From NCBI RefSeq assembly GCF_964355755.1, contig NC_092674.1, positions 1,488,001-1,552,000 of the forward strand: DNA of 64,000 bases. The letters run 5' to 3'. Source of the DNA: Antedon mediterranea (lineage: Eukaryota; Animalia; Echinodermata). The notes below the pieces were generated by a model. It saw only the letters and a program-made list of their open reading frames with translations, made no database searches and was not told where the DNA came from. Made by a program: the position numbers and the translations under genes. This document shows, one piece after another, positions 24,201 through 37,740 of this stretch; position 1 is the stretch's first letter, and every line of letters begins with the position of its first letter.

Positions 24201-27200
24201 TATCAACTAATACAAAAAAGAAATCAGCTATTTCTTGGCTATTTCCCGATTATTTTATGAAATACAGTATAACGAAATTCCAAGTCTTAGGCCTTAGTGG
24301 TAAAATTACAGTACACTGTAGTAGCAGAAATAACAAATATGTGCCCTTAATAATTAGCAGCAACAGTAAAAACATGGCAAGCAATTGATTGTCAAGGCCA
24401 CAACCTGAAGGCAGCAGGTTGAACCCCATAGAACAGAACCATATAGTATTATACTGTTAGTATAGTATTAGGGTGTCTAGAAAACTCAGATCTAGAAAAC
24501 TCAGATCTCAGATATATCTGAGTTTTCTAGATCTAGAAAACTCGGATATCTGTAGTATTATACTGTACTATAGTATACTGTAGTAGTACGTGATACTATA
24601 ATATTTGTATTTTGTAATAACAGAGATATATACACAGTCAGGGAAAAATTTCATTAAACAATTTTATTTAGCAATATTGCTAAATCAAACTGATTTTTAA
24701 GTCGAGAAACATAGTTTTGTATTGTATTTTTTGCTACACAATTTTCAAAATGTGTAGCAATAAGGTTGTTTTGTATAGCTTTTTGCTATGCTACACTGGC
24801 GAAAATTTTCCCTGCACAGTATAACAAGGGAGTTGTTTTTAATTCGCTGGTATAGCAATCAATGGCAGTGGGAACAGTTTCAACATTAGTTAATTATTAT
24901 ATACATCCTATTCTATTTTAATTCTGGGTCATTCCATCTCAGATCACCCAATGAGGTAAACCCTACCTCTTCCAATTTTGATGAAATTTGGTATATAGGT
25001 GATTCATAGCAATTAAAGCCAAAATTTCAAATTTTAACTTTATCGGACCAACGGTTTTCAAGATATCGCAATTTCAATTTTCGGTTTTTACGCAAAAAAG
25101 GGCGCGTCCGCCACGTTTCAAAGAGCTGTATCTCGGGAACTATAGGTTCGATTTTAAAAGCAAAGGTATTTTTGTAAAGGGGAGACCATAAGGAATCTAA
25201 ATATACTAATTGTGTGTGTTTTATGTTAATTTTAAGTTGAATAAAACTTTGACATATATTTTGACCTTGAAATTGACCCCGTGGAACACGCCCGTTTTGT
25301 TGGTGACTATCATGAAAAATGTAGCCCTACGTGTCAACTACAACATATAAAAAAATTGGAGGGGTTTTTTTCTTTGTTTCCATGAAATTACAATTTGAAG
25401 TTGACATACCTCTTCCTTTTAGTGTATTTTTGGTGTCTGTCCATGCATTACTTCAATGTCAATTTGATGTATTCCAAAATTAATTTTATTACAAACTAAA
25501 TATTATTATAATGTTACAATTGTCTATGTCTGGCCTTTACTCATTTTGGGAAATACTGTAATTCCTAGTCGAAGAGGATTTTATAAACGGAGAGGCTATA
25601 ATACAATGTACATTTGATTCAGGAATCCAACAACAGTCTTCTTTGGAGGGCCAATAAAAGGTTTTCGCTGACCCATGAGGATGCATAAATTTAATTTGAA
25701 AATCCCCAAACTCTTCTGAGAGTGAGACATCCACCACCAAACCAATCCATGGGACACCATCATAACTACAGCACACAAAATTCTGAAGTCTAATAATGGT
25801 GGGTTGTGTATCAGCAACAATTTCATTTTCATCACTGAAAGATTCTTGAATCACTACCACATCCGGAGGGTTTATCTGGGTACTAAGTTTGTAGACCTGC
25901 ATCTGTGCCAGAGAAACGGGAACAAAGCGATGATATTGTAATGTACCCTTGATGGTCTGGGCGAGGTTGAATCTCAGCTTTATTTCTTTTTCCACAGTAG
26001 ATACCTCATCTATTCCCTCATGAAAAAAGTTGATGCCTGGAATGTCCATATGAGCGAGTCATATGGCCGAGCGGTTAAGGCAGGGGCGCCGTTTACCGTA
26101 CCTAAAAGAGCCAACAACAACATCGGCAAGGGTTCGAGGCCGACTCGCTCCTAGTTCTGGTGGTGGAACAAGTCTTCTCGGATAAGGACTATAAACCGTA
26201 GGTCCAGTGTACACAGTTATAACATGTGTGTACTTTAAAGAACCCAGTTCATTATTTGAAAAAGAGTAGGGGGTTACCCCGGTGAACTGGTTCACACAAT
26301 AGCCCCTGTATCAGGGGGATTACCACCTATCTGATAGGACAGTGATTAATTCACTATTGGTAATCCTTGGCCACATTGCCTAAAGACATAAAATAAAAAT
26401 AAAAAATTACACAGTAGTCGAACATACTGAGAGATGTGATAATATGACATTCAGTCAAACGCTGTAAGCTTCTCATAGTGACAAGCCTCTTAACGGTTCC
26501 ACCTATGCCATCACACGCACTCTTGCCATGTGATGTAGCAAAAAAATTCCACTCGGCGTCTAAACCAAAATCTTCCTGGTGGTGGCAAAGGTTAATAAAG
26601 TTATATTTGTTTTTGTATTGGCCGCCACATCCATCTGTGAAATAATGAACTTTTTTCATGGTTGGTAGTTTTGTTTTTCTATAGGGGATGACAACCTTTA
26701 AAAAGGCATATACAGTAACTGTTGTATGTTCTCTGCAATCACTTATTATGCATATGTTAATGTGCATAATAACATAGTAAGGACACTAAACTATGTGTCA
26801 AAATTGATTTTAAAAGTATGTGAGTTACCCAGTATTTCTCATATCAAAATATATCTACTGTTTAAGTGGGCCTGATGAGAAAGCGTAACAATAAGACACC
26901 TTAACAGTTAGTGTTCACACTGTGTATAAGTATAACAACACCAAAAATACACTAAAAGGAAGAGGTATGTCAACTTCAAATTGTAATTTCATGGAAACAA
27001 AGAAAAAAACCCCTCCAATTTTTTTATATGTTGTAGTTGACACGTAGGGCTACATTTTTCGTGATAGTCACCAACAAATTGGGCGTGTTCCACGGGGTCA
27101 ATTTCAAGGTCAAAATATATGTCAAAGTTTTATTCAACTTAAAATTAACATAAAACACACACAATTAGTATATTTAGGTTCCTTATGGTCTCCCCTTTAC

Positions 27201-30200
27201 AAAAATACCTTTGTTTTTAAAATCGAACCTATAGTTCCCGAGATACAGCTCTTTGAAACGTGGCGGCCGCGCGCTTTTTTGCGTAAAAACCGAAAATTGA
27301 AATTGCGATATCTCGAAAACCGTTGGTCCGATAAGGTTAAAATTTGAAAATTTGGTTTTAATTGCTATGAATCACCCATATACCAAATTTCATCAAAATT
27401 GGAAGAGGTAGGGTTTAAAATTCCATTTTTTTTGGGTGAACTGAGATGGAATGACCCTTCTATTATTTAAACATAATCAGTGCATCTATTGGCTATTTCT
27501 ATTGGTTGTTTAAAATATATTTATTGTCAGTGAAATTGATATTGCAAAGAGAGAGTGGGTGTTCAAAAGTTAAGGGTGGTTGACATTAGCAGCTACTGCA
27601 AGAAGAACACAGTGCATACTACTGTATACTATATTTAAATACAGAATATAATTCAAATGCCATGTACAGTACAAGTATGATGGGAAACCAACTGTATTGT
27701 ATTGTAGTATATAGCATAATGCCTATCTTGACACTATGTATAAGGTACATGTGCAGTGTACCATTTTGCTATTGTACTTTAAATTAGCAAGTAATGTGTA
27801 AAATACTAAACAATCTATGCAAAGGCATCAAATTAATATAATCATTCAGTCAGAAATTTTAATATTGAAATGTTCACTGATTTGGAATGACACGCAAGAA
27901 AATAGAAACTATAATTCCATTATCACAAATTCTGTATTGAGATATGAGATTTGAATGAAACACAGGGCAGTGAAGAGATTATAATATAAGAGTGTAATAC
28001 TGTATTGAGATATGAGATTTGAATGAAACACAGGGCAGTGAAGAGATTATAATATAAGCGTGTAATACTGTATTGAGATATGAGATTTGAATGAAACACA
28101 GGGCAGTGAAGAGATTATAATATAAGCGTGTAATACTGTATTGAGATATGAGATTTGAATGAAACACAGAGCAGCAGTGAAGAGATTATAATATAAGCGT
28201 GTAATACTGTATTGAGATATGAGATTTGAATGAAACACAGGGCAGTGAAGATATTATAATATAAGCGTGTAATACTGTATTGAGATATGAGATTTGAATG
28301 AAACACAGGGCAGTGAAGAGATTATAATATAAGCGTGTAATACTGTATTGAGATATGAGATTTGAATGAAACACAGGGCAGTGAAGAGATTATAATATAA
28401 GCGTGTAATACTGTATTGAGATATGAGATTTGAATGAAACACAGGGCAGTGAAGAGATTATAATATAAGCGTGTAATACTGTATTGAGATATGAGATTTG
28501 AATGAAACACAGGGCAGTGAAGAGATTATAATATAAGCGTGTAATACTGTATTGAGATATGAGATTTGAATGAAACACAGAGCAGTGAAGATATTATAAT
28601 ATAAGAGTGTAATACTGTATTGAGATATGAGATTTGAATGAAACACAGAGCAGTGAAGAGATTATAATATAAGCGTTTAATACTGTATTGAGATATGAGA
28701 TTTGAATGAAACACAGGGCAGTGAAGAGATTATAATATAAGCGTGTAATGCTGTATTGAGATATGAGATTTGAATGAAACACAGAGCAGTGAAGAGATTA
28801 TAATATAAGCGTGTAATACTGTATTGAGATATGAGATTTGAATGAAACACAGGGCAGTGAAGAGATTATAATATAAGCGTGTAATACTGTATTGAGATAT
28901 GAGATTTGAATGAAACACAGAGCAGTGAAGAGATTATAATATAAGCGTGTAATACTGTATTGAGATATGAGATTTGAATGAAACACAGCGCAGTGAAGAG
29001 ATTATAATATAAGCGTGTAATACTGTATTGAGATATGAGATTTGAATGAAACACAGGGCAGTGAAAAGATTATAATATAAGCGTGTAATACTGTATTGAG
29101 ATATGAGATTTCAATGAAACACAGGGCAGTGAAGAGATTATAATATAAGCGTGTAATACTGTATTGAGATATGAGATTTGAATGAAACACAGAGCAGCAG
29201 TGAAGATATTATAATATAAGAGTGTAATACTGTATTGAGATATGAGATTTGAATGAAACACAGGGCAGTGAAGATATTATAATATAAGCGTGTAATACTG
29301 TATTGAGATATGAGATTTGAATGAAACACAGGGCAGTGAAGATATTATAATATAAGCGTGTAATACTGTATTGAGATATGAGATTTGAATGAAACACAGA
29401 GCAGTGAAGAGATTATAATATAAGCGTGTAATACTGTATTGAGATATGAGATTTGAATGAAACACAGGGCAGTGAAGATATTATAATATAAGCGCGTAAT
29501 ACTGTATTGAGATATGAGATTTGAATGAAACACAGAGCAGTGAAGAGATTATAATATAAGCGTGTAATACTGTATTGAGATATGAGATTTGAATGAAACA
29601 CAGGGCAGTGAAGAGATTATAATATAAGCGTGTAATACTGTATTGAGATATGAGATTTGAATGAAACACAGGGCAGTGAAGAGATTATAATATAAGCGTG
29701 TAATACTGTATTGAGATATGAGATTTGAATGAAACACAGGGCAGTGAAGAGATTATAATATAAGCGTGTAATACTGTATTGAGATATGAGATTTGAATGA
29801 AACACAGAGCAGCAGTGAAGAGATTATAATATAAGCGTGTAATACTGTATTGAGATATGAGATTTGAATGAAACACAGCGCAGTGAAGAGATTATAATAT
29901 AAGCGTGTAATACTGTATTGAGATATGAGATTTGAATGAAACACAGGGCAGTGAAGATATTATAATATAAGCGTGTAATACTGTATTGAGATATGAGATT
30001 TGAATGAAACACAGAGCAGTGAAGAGATTATAATATAAGAGTGTAATACTGTATTGAGATATGAGATTTGAATGAAACACAGGGCAGTGAAGATATTATA
30101 ATATAAGCGTGTAATACTGTATTGAGATATGAGATTTGAATGAAACACAGGGCAGTGAAGAGATTATAATATAAGCGCGTAATACTGTATTGAGATATGA

Positions 30201-32050
30201 GATTTGAATGAAACACAGGGCAGTGAAGAGATTATAATATAAGAGTGTAATACTGTATTGAGATATGAGATTTGAATGAAACACAGGGCAGTGAAGATAT
30301 TATAATATAAGCGTGTAATACTGTATTGAGATATGAGATTTGAATGAAACACAGGGCAGTGAAGAGATTATAATATAAGAGTGTAATACTGTATTGAGAT
30401 ATGAGATTTGAATGAAACACAGCGCAGTGAAGAGATTATAATATAACAGTGTAATACTGTATTGAGATATGAGATTTGAATGAAACACAGGGCATGCAGT
30501 GAAGAGATTACAATATAAGCGTGTGTAATACTGTATTGAGATATGAGATTTGAATGAAACACAGGGCAGTGAAGAGATTATAATATAAGCGTGTAATACT
30601 GTATTTTAGACTGTATATTCTCTTTATTTAAAAAATAATGATCAATTTACATCTTGTGGCCAAATTGCATGTAAAACATGTCAAAAATACAAATACATTT
30701 TGACAATTTCAGTGAAAAACATACGACCTGCAAATTCTAAACTTTCAGCACTTTATATTTTCAATACAATAATGATTTTTTTTTAAAGTACTGTTCTAAA
30801 ATCAGACACCGCTAGGCTAGTCCACGATTCTGTGTCTTACAAGAGGATGAAGTTGATTTATTTATCTTTGTGGGTCCATGAGAGAACATTCAGTTCAGAT
30901 TGTATGTCTTTGTGGGTCCACAAGAGAACATTCAGTTCAGATTGTATGTCTTTGTGGGTCCACGAGAGAACATTCAGTTCAGATTGTATGTCTTTGTGGG
31001 TCCACGAGAGAACATTCAGTTCAGATTGTATGTATTGGATGGAAGTTTAAAGCCTCTTTCATCACACTGGACTTTAATTATAATATTTCATGGGTAAAGT
31101 TACAGTACCTTGGTTAAATTCTTTTTTTTTTTCCAGTATAATAACGCAAATGGCTTAAATGCGGATTTACCTACCAGGATGTAAAAACATGGATGATAAA
31201 CCACAAAATGTAAAAGTACAATTGTAAGTATCATGAATGATAAACCACAAATGTAAATGTACAATTATCTGTATGTACAGCATGTGGAACTAAAGTGAAA
31301 CAACCAGCAACAAGCAACAAATCCCTTCATATGCAAATGATCTAGTGATTGAATAAAGCCATGTAGGCTAATCCCCAGTTACACTGCCTCACTGGCTTAC
31401 ATTCTGTATGCTGCTGCTGGCTCCATTCATCTATCAGTGTAAATACACTGCTAGTTCGATTTACAGAAAAGAAAAGAATACACACTAGAATGTATTGAAT
31501 GGTCTACATGTATTCACAAGACTATGGATGGGCTACTTAGTGCAAGTTGTACAATAATCTGCATATAGCTTTGGCTCTCACTGTAATCTAATAATGTTAT
31601 AGTGTTGTTTAATCCTAAGAATGTTCTTGGATTGATTTGAGTTAATGATAGTAGAATGTTATTAAGAAGAAGAGTTACTGTACTCAATCAAAATATTTAA
31701 ATAACAAGCCATTTTGTTAATTTTTTTATTTTTTTTTTTGCCAAATCTAAGTCTAAAGCTCTGTCTACACTATCAAACTTATATGGACATGATGAGGTCA
31801 TATAACTACCACATGTGGGCGTATTACTACCATATTTGGGCACATCACTACCATATTTAGGCATATCACTACCATATTTAGGCATATCACTACCATATGT
31901 GGGCATATCACTTTTTTTGTCAAACTAGTTTGATAGTGTTACACTGTAGACATAATTCAGCCCGCTCTCCTCACCTTTGCTTGTAATTGTTGGCTGTAAG
32001 TTGTGATCCTTTAGCGTTTGTAGTCCACTGTGTGTATCCAACATACCAGC
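18280..32050 (-). CDS. TFDP1: Transcription factor Dp (E2F dimerisation partner), 8 coding exons found; start codon uncertain (ATG at 32044 or in an unidentified upstream exon)
   Basis: Exons 32050-31975, 23342-23218, 22896-22808, 21815-21638, 21507-21292, 21034-20880, 19211-19045 and 18572-18280 splice in frame. [34 protein letters not shown] box [68 protein letters not shown], acidic tail. Confidence 0.95.
19338..19650 (+). mobile_element. tRNA-derived SINE with Deu/Nin-type central domain
   Basis: Box A tggccgagcgg, box B ggttcgggg, core cttctcggataaggactataaaccgtaggtcc...ttaaagaacc...gagtaggggttaccccggtg and an A-rich tail; near-identical to 62992-63312. Confidence 0.85.
19654..20862. 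mobile_element. MITE whose left terminus is tandemly amplified (46-bp unit, ~22 copies, 19657-20670)
   Basis: Left end acaacaggatgctgagctc; right end gagctcagcgtcctgttgt (18/19 inverted match). Unit acaggatgctgagctctagagatcaaatggtttatctgtggctgtg. Confidence 0.8.
21110..21239. mobile_element. Harbinger-like MITE family A copy
   Basis: agctctgtctacactatcaaa ... tttgatagtgtcgacagagat. Confidence 0.75.
22050..22595. mobile_element. Kolobok-like MITE
   Basis: TTAA|agatgtattgtccctt ... aagggacaatacatct|TTAA: perfect 16-bp TIRs and a TTAA TSD. Confidence 0.75.
22625..22786. mobile_element. Harbinger-like MITE family A copy
   Basis: TAA|agctctgtctacattatcaaac ... gtgtagacagagct|TAA; matching 3-bp TSD. 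Confidence 0.8.
22977..23136. mobile_element. Harbinger-like MITE family A copy (opposite orientation to the 22625 copy)
   Basis: TTA|agatctgtttacactatcaaac ... gtttgatagtgtagacagagct|TTA. Confidence 0.75.
24639..24814. mobile_element. Short MITE; a second, degraded copy lies at ~32489-32625
   Basis: TIRs cagggaaaaattt / aattttccctg; shared body ttagcaatattgctaa..tcaaactgatttt...gctatgctacactggcgaaa. Confidence 0.55.
25537..26767 (-). pseudogene. Sola2-type DDD transposase C-terminal remnant, interrupted by a SINE
   Basis: ORF 26767-26354 has [55 protein letters not shown] and resumes after the SINE as DIPGINFF...[13 protein letters not shown]...KFMHPHG..FYWP; the N-terminal half is missing. 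Confidence 0.8.
26052..26406 (+). mobile_element. Deu/Nin-type tRNA-SINE of a second subfamily, nested in the Sola2 transposase
   Basis: Box A tggccgagcgg, box B ggttcgagg and the same core ttctcggataaggactataaaccgtaggtcc, but a different 3' part ending in (taaaa)n. Confidence 0.8.
27932..30604. repeat. 68-bp minisatellite, ~39 copies, in a TFDP intron
   Basis: Unit ctgtattgagatatgagatttgaatgaaacacagggcagtgaagagattataatataagcgtgtaata with recurrent variants, including 71-bp gca-insertion units. It explains the run of 62-aa ORFs. Confidence 0.97.
30865..31032. repeat. 42-bp tandem repeat, 4 copies
   Basis: Unit tctttgtgggtccacgagagaacattcagttcagattgtatg. Confidence 0.9.
31757..31952. mobile_element. 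Harbinger-like MITE family A copy next to TFDP exon 31975-32050
   Basis: agctctgtctacactatcaaact, ~5 internal 21-bp units, then actagtttgatagtgt. Confidence 0.7.
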
Positions 32051-35000
32051 CTAAAAGAACAACAAAATATTCATATAAAAACATGCAAGCACCAAGATGC
32101 TTATTTCAAATAAACTGTATTTTCTACTTTTTAAGATCAAACAGACAATTTGAATTTTAAAATAAGGGCTACAATGAGGGTCCTTAAATGGATCCACCTA
32201 TGGACACAAATGTCTTATTCAAAATACAAGTTTTAATTGCTAGAGATTGACAACCAAGTTCAAGTAAATCATATCAGTGTAGTTAACACACTGGATCACA
32301 GCCAAGCTTTTCTGTATAATAAACGGACACAGGCCAAGTATTACCCTATAACAGTACAAATGTTGAAAATAATGGTACATAATTAACCATTATTTTATGC
32401 TGTGTATTTACTGTATTTTGAAGAAAAAACCCTTGGGACGTCAAATGATAAAGTGTAAACTGGTTAACCCTTGACTTTCCAGGACAGTACAGGAGAAAAT
32501 TTAATTAAAAAATTTTGTTTAGCAATATTGCTAATCAAACTGATTTTTGAGTCAAGAAACATAGTTTTGTATTGTATTTTTTGCTACACAATTTCAGATT
32601 TTTGCTATGCTACACTGGCGAAATTAGTACAGTATAAGGTATATTATCATGTTTTATAATCTATTACCGCCATTGGTAAAACCAATTACTACCATTTTAT
32701 TTATGTCATTCATTCAATAGATGATGGGATATTACTCTGGTGGTATACCAGTATTGATCTCATTCATTATCATTGTACAATGCATTTCAATAATTGTGTT
32801 AACTGCTATGAATGCTGCTATTAGCATTCTACTATGAAGTGATAGGATTGAGTAGGGGCCACAGGAGAGTAACCAACCAAGTGTAAACAGGCTCTTCTCT
32901 GTCTAACTAGGTTAACACAACTAGTAAATAGGGGCTTTAAAACGTAGTGTTTGTTAAGGCTTGTTATTTGCATAGACAGGATGGTATCCTTGTTTGTAAA
33001 CTCTAATTTGAAAGATAAAATTCTTTTGTATTATTTTGTTTTAATATCAATGCTCAGCTATAGTACAATGATAACGATGTCCAAGAAATACGTGGACACA
33101 CTTGTTCTGTGCCAGTTTTTAAAATAGATTAATTCACCACATGTAGATATTTGGTTTTTTTAAATATTAAATGTAAATTCACTATACAGTTGGTGTACAC
33201 ACTTGTTCTGTGCCAGTTTTAAAATAGATTAATTCAATTGATTCACTGATATTAAAATTAAATTCACTATAAATAAAATCTGAAAACTTCATTTGATCTG
33301 GATTTAAAATAGTGACAATAATAATGCACTCTAATATGAGGTCTTTATTAATATTCTAAACTACTGTTTACTTAATTTTTTGTCGGGAGGGGGGGGGGGA
33401 GAGGTCAACGGAAGGTCAAAACATTTGTAGAATACCATAAAATATCACAAGGTCAACGTCAGTCAGACAAATTGTACTGTTATAATCCATATTGCAGGAT
33501 GTAATATAAATGTTTCCTATTGTATAATATACTGTAATAGTTGAGAAAGGAAAATGCATTTACACAGCAGCACAATAGAAGGGCAGCAAGTTGACCTTCA
33601 AAAGGTCAATCACATGTAACAAGTGTAGTATGTATTGGAATGCATGGTTCAAATCATGTAGTAGGTCGTTATGTGAATGATAGCAAATTAAGAATTGTGA
33701 AAGCAAACAATGAATTGAATGAACAAAAAGTGGTATTGTCACCCAAAAACATGAACAAAGAAGATTAATATAAAAAGACTTTGTTTGAATAGGCCATTTT
33801 GCAGTTTTAATAAAATTAATCACTTCAATAAAAAAAAATAATAATATAAACACAAATAACAACAATAAATTCAACCAAAAACCCATTGATAATTTGACTA
33901 TTTTTTGCTTTAAATTACATTTTTTTAGGTAAATAATTTTTTTTAGATCCATTTTTTGGTCAAAGTGACTATTAGTATTAATATTAGTATTATGTGACAT
34001 TACAGTAAAATGACATACTGTATTTGACAAAACAAGTATGTTTTCAGGGGACAAAACAAGTATGTTTTCAGGGGACAAAACAAGTATGTTTTCAGGGACC
34101 AAAATATATCTTAAAATGTTGTACAAACTTCTTTGGCTATGCTCTCCAGGCCTTGTTCTTTGTAGAAACTGAGGATATCATCCTGTACTATCTGATGGCC
34201 AGCTGCCTTGGATGGCGTTGTTGGTGCACTCTTTACGGGGCTGCCTTGTCCTATTAAAAAAACACATTTAAAGATCAACAATTTCGCCATGCAAACTTTT
34301 AAACAATGGTACTATTAAAAACAAATTTGTAAAATGTTGCTACTCCATAAAAATCCTAATGTACTTGGTACTAAAGTTAATACTAAATAACAAACATATT
34401 AAATAATGTGATAATAATAATTATATTATTGGTAATAATAATAATAATAGGTTTGTAACATAATTTTAATAAAAAACTGTAATATTATCAATATTGACCT
34501 AAAAAAAATATTTGTTTGTACATCGTGCAGCTGCAAGCTAAAATTTGATAAATTTATAAACGAACAAAAACTGATAATATAATTGTTGTTTCGTGCTGAA
34601 GCTTCATGGGATAAAATAAATATGCTATTAAAAAACAAACAATACAAAGGTTTTTGAAAATCAACAAACCACTTTATGATTAATAATAATGAATAGAAAT
34701 ACAAAGCCAATCATTTGAGAGAATCTCTCCTACTTTTGAAATGGTTTGCACCTAATTGGTGAACTTCACTCAGTGTAAACAGACAGCATGCATTATATAA
34801 ACAAATATAAAATTGTTTTATTTTATGCTAGGCCCAGGGTTTATAACAAGCAGCTATCCCAACCATAGTGATGTCATGGCTTAGTCAAACACAAAAGATT
34901 GTTTCCACTACACCAAGCACCTGGCTAACTAGAATTCCTTCATTGTGGAACTTGGGTGCTAGACAAAGGCATTGTTCATTAAGTTTAGCAGCATCAGTAA

Positions 35001-37544
35001 AGATTTAAATGCCAATGCACAAACCGGTTCTTTTGTCTTGAGAAAAATTAATCTTAAAACAAATTTTAAAATACACAATGTTAAAGACAGCTGACCATAT
35101 TTTGTTCTGAGTTTAAGTTTGCCTTTTAATAACTTTGGGCTTTAAAATTTAAAGAGAGAGATAACATAAGCTAGGACATGTGTTTATAGTTATTCTTCTA
35201 GTTCAAATTCAACAACTTTCAAAAGTCAGTTATTTTTAAATGCCCTAAATATTGGATCATTATTATTGTACATTATATTTAAATTATATAGATTTTTTTT
35301 AAATATTAAATAATCTTTAATAATAATATAATATTATTTTTATTACAATTTTTCAAATTCGCCCCAGAACACTGATGATATAGCCCCAATGACGAGAGTA
35401 ATTGTAACGCATACACAGAATGTGTTTATTGCTACATGTTGAGATATTATAGCCCAGTATTGATTACCAATACTGAAAAGTCAACCCTGATGTTCTAGGC
35501 AATGACAGATTAATGGCGGCTTCACAATACAGTAACTAATCCACCTTCACAGTGGAACATACTTTTGTGTGCAAAAGAAATGTCGATTGTAAATAACTGT
35601 TATACAAATAACTACAACATGGTAGTAAGTTACAGAGATGAATGACGATAAACAAACATGACTTTAGCTATGCATTTGTTTTTAATTTCTAAAGAATGCA
35701 GAATGTTGTATTTATAGCCAGAGGAGAATTAGCAATTAATGTACAAATGAGGTCACTAGATTTGACCTTTGATTCCTCACTAGAGACCTCACAGAAAAAA
35801 CAAAATAAACATCATATTATGCATTGCTCAGAATTGAAGAGCTCACTTCAAATTAAAAAAGTAAAGGTATTTTTAAATAATTGAATTAACCCTGTATATA
35901 AATCAATAATTAACATTCACTGTAACAGTTACCAAACCTTCTAATCTATCCTAAAACAAAAATGTGAAGGACTGAAATGAAATATCCACCATTGAACACA
36001 GAGATAGTGATTGTAACCATGGCCACTGTGTACAGTACTATATTACTGTATTGTGGTAACCACAGTTACACTGTAAATTGTATATAAACACAATTAATGT
36101 AATCTCTAATCTACAAAACTACAGATTTCCAGATTATTTCATTACTTTTTCTAATTTATAATTATTTATAATTTATAATTATAATTTATCTTTAGTTGGT
36201 GAATGTTTCAAAACATGCCGGAGTTTTGAAGTAGAAAAATAGTACATAATAGTACAGTACTGATTCGGGAAATTCCAATGCAAAATGCGTTGGAATATAG
36301 ACCACACTACTCATCAATGTTGCACATATTATCAAATACATACAGTAATGTTGGGTACATGGCCACCAACATTTGACCTAATTACTGTACAATCAAGGGA
36401 GGTACTACACTGTAGATTATTTATTCATTATTATCATTTTTGTTAATGTCTTACCTCACAAACATGCCTTAGGAACTTTATAATCAAGGAGGAAACAAAA
36501 GGGCAAAATATTGACAAATCTAAACTGAATACTGGTATATCCCTTTAAACTGCAATTATCCATCAGATAATAATGTTTGAAATTCCAATAGCGTCACCTT
36601 TAACACAGAATGCATACCATACAGAGACTGTATGTGAACCTTAATGTTGGGTCAGGTATAATCATTAACAAAACATTATATAAAATAAGAAACAGATATT
36701 TAGACTAAACTTGAGTGGTATCAAATGGCTACAAATTGTAATGTTTTATTTCATCGTTTTTGTTTGCTTGACTTAACAAAAAATTTAGGCAATTTTGCCA
36801 ATAGTGTCCAAATTCACTGGGGATAGTAAACTTTAAGTGAACCACGATAGTATTCTTAACTTTTAGGACTAGTAGAATTTAGCTATGTATGTACTAAACA
36901 AAACTTTCAATTCACAAAGGATCAGAACGTCTAGCTTGCATGCATACCGTAATGCTACTTAATACTCTGTGTTTTTGGTAAAAACTATGACAGTAAACAT
37001 AATTTTTAAAATAATTTTTTTTAAATATGGATAAGGAGTCAGATGAGTTTTTGGATTTTATTTTTTTTATTAATATTATAAAATTATTTTTTTATTCTTA
37101 AAAACTGTTCAATTTTTTTGTATGTCAATTTTTTTTATCGAACTTGAAATAAGAGAGACTTGTGCCGTATTAATTCATTGTACTGTGAAAGATCAGCAGA
37201 TCAGGTTGCTTCCGTTCTTAAATGCCCTTGAAGAAGTCGGTGAAAAGGGCTCAGGAAATATCTTGTTAATGAAATACTGTTTAATCTTCAAAAACTGAGC
37301 CTTTGTTTACTTTGACTATGCCTGGTTGTGCATGTTGTGTAGTTTGTTGCGCGGATCCAAACTTGTCATGGGGACGAGTTCTAATGTATTAATTTTTTCG
37401 TTATTTCACACTGCATCAGATATGAGCTAAAGGATTAAAACTTAAAATCTACTAAATCAGTAAAAATTAATAACTACAATAGAATTTAAGCCACAACCCA
37501 GATATGCAATGGCAAGCAAAATGATTCTAGATTGACAAAGTTTA

Positions 37545-37740
37545 AATATTTGAAACATAGGTCTAGGATCAAAGGTCAGACCATCGAACCATGTACAGTA
37601 CAGTAACCCACCTTCTTGGATAGCTCATATGCACTATTAAAAGAGCCTACTGTAGTACAGGTACACATTGAGAAGAGTAGTGGTTTACCCTGGTGTACTA
37701 CATCACAGCCACTGATCAGAAACTGGGGCCAGTATGTATA
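37545..37740 (+). mobile_element. Degenerate SINE fragment (family of the 19338 copy)
   Basis: gagtagtggtttaccctggtgtactacatcacagccactgatca matches the SINE 3' half. Confidence 0.5.

Larger units (their letters stand above)
24926..27457 (-). mobile_element. Sola2-type DNA transposon, internally deleted, with ~510-bp TIRs
   Basis: TIRs 24926-~25436 and ~26938-27457 (gggtcattccatctcag.../...ctgagatggaatgaccc), 4-bp TSD TTCT, GGG terminus and an internal transposase remnant. Confidence 0.8.

Noticed and set aside
27932-30604. Dozens of near-identical 62-aa ORFs and a CRISPR-like regular array
   Set aside because: Head-to-tail 68-bp minisatellite with no unique spacers and no cas genes; the ORFs are frame-cycling artefacts.
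33560-34126. 188-aa ORF in a TFDP upstream intron
   Set aside because: Made of a 24-bp tandem repeat and AT-rich low-complexity sequence; no recognisable domain.
36454-36510. Candidate TFDP start-codon exon (ATGTTTGTGAG|gtaag)
   Set aside because: It ends in phase 2 whereas the next coding exon needs phase 0; at most a 5'-UTR exon.
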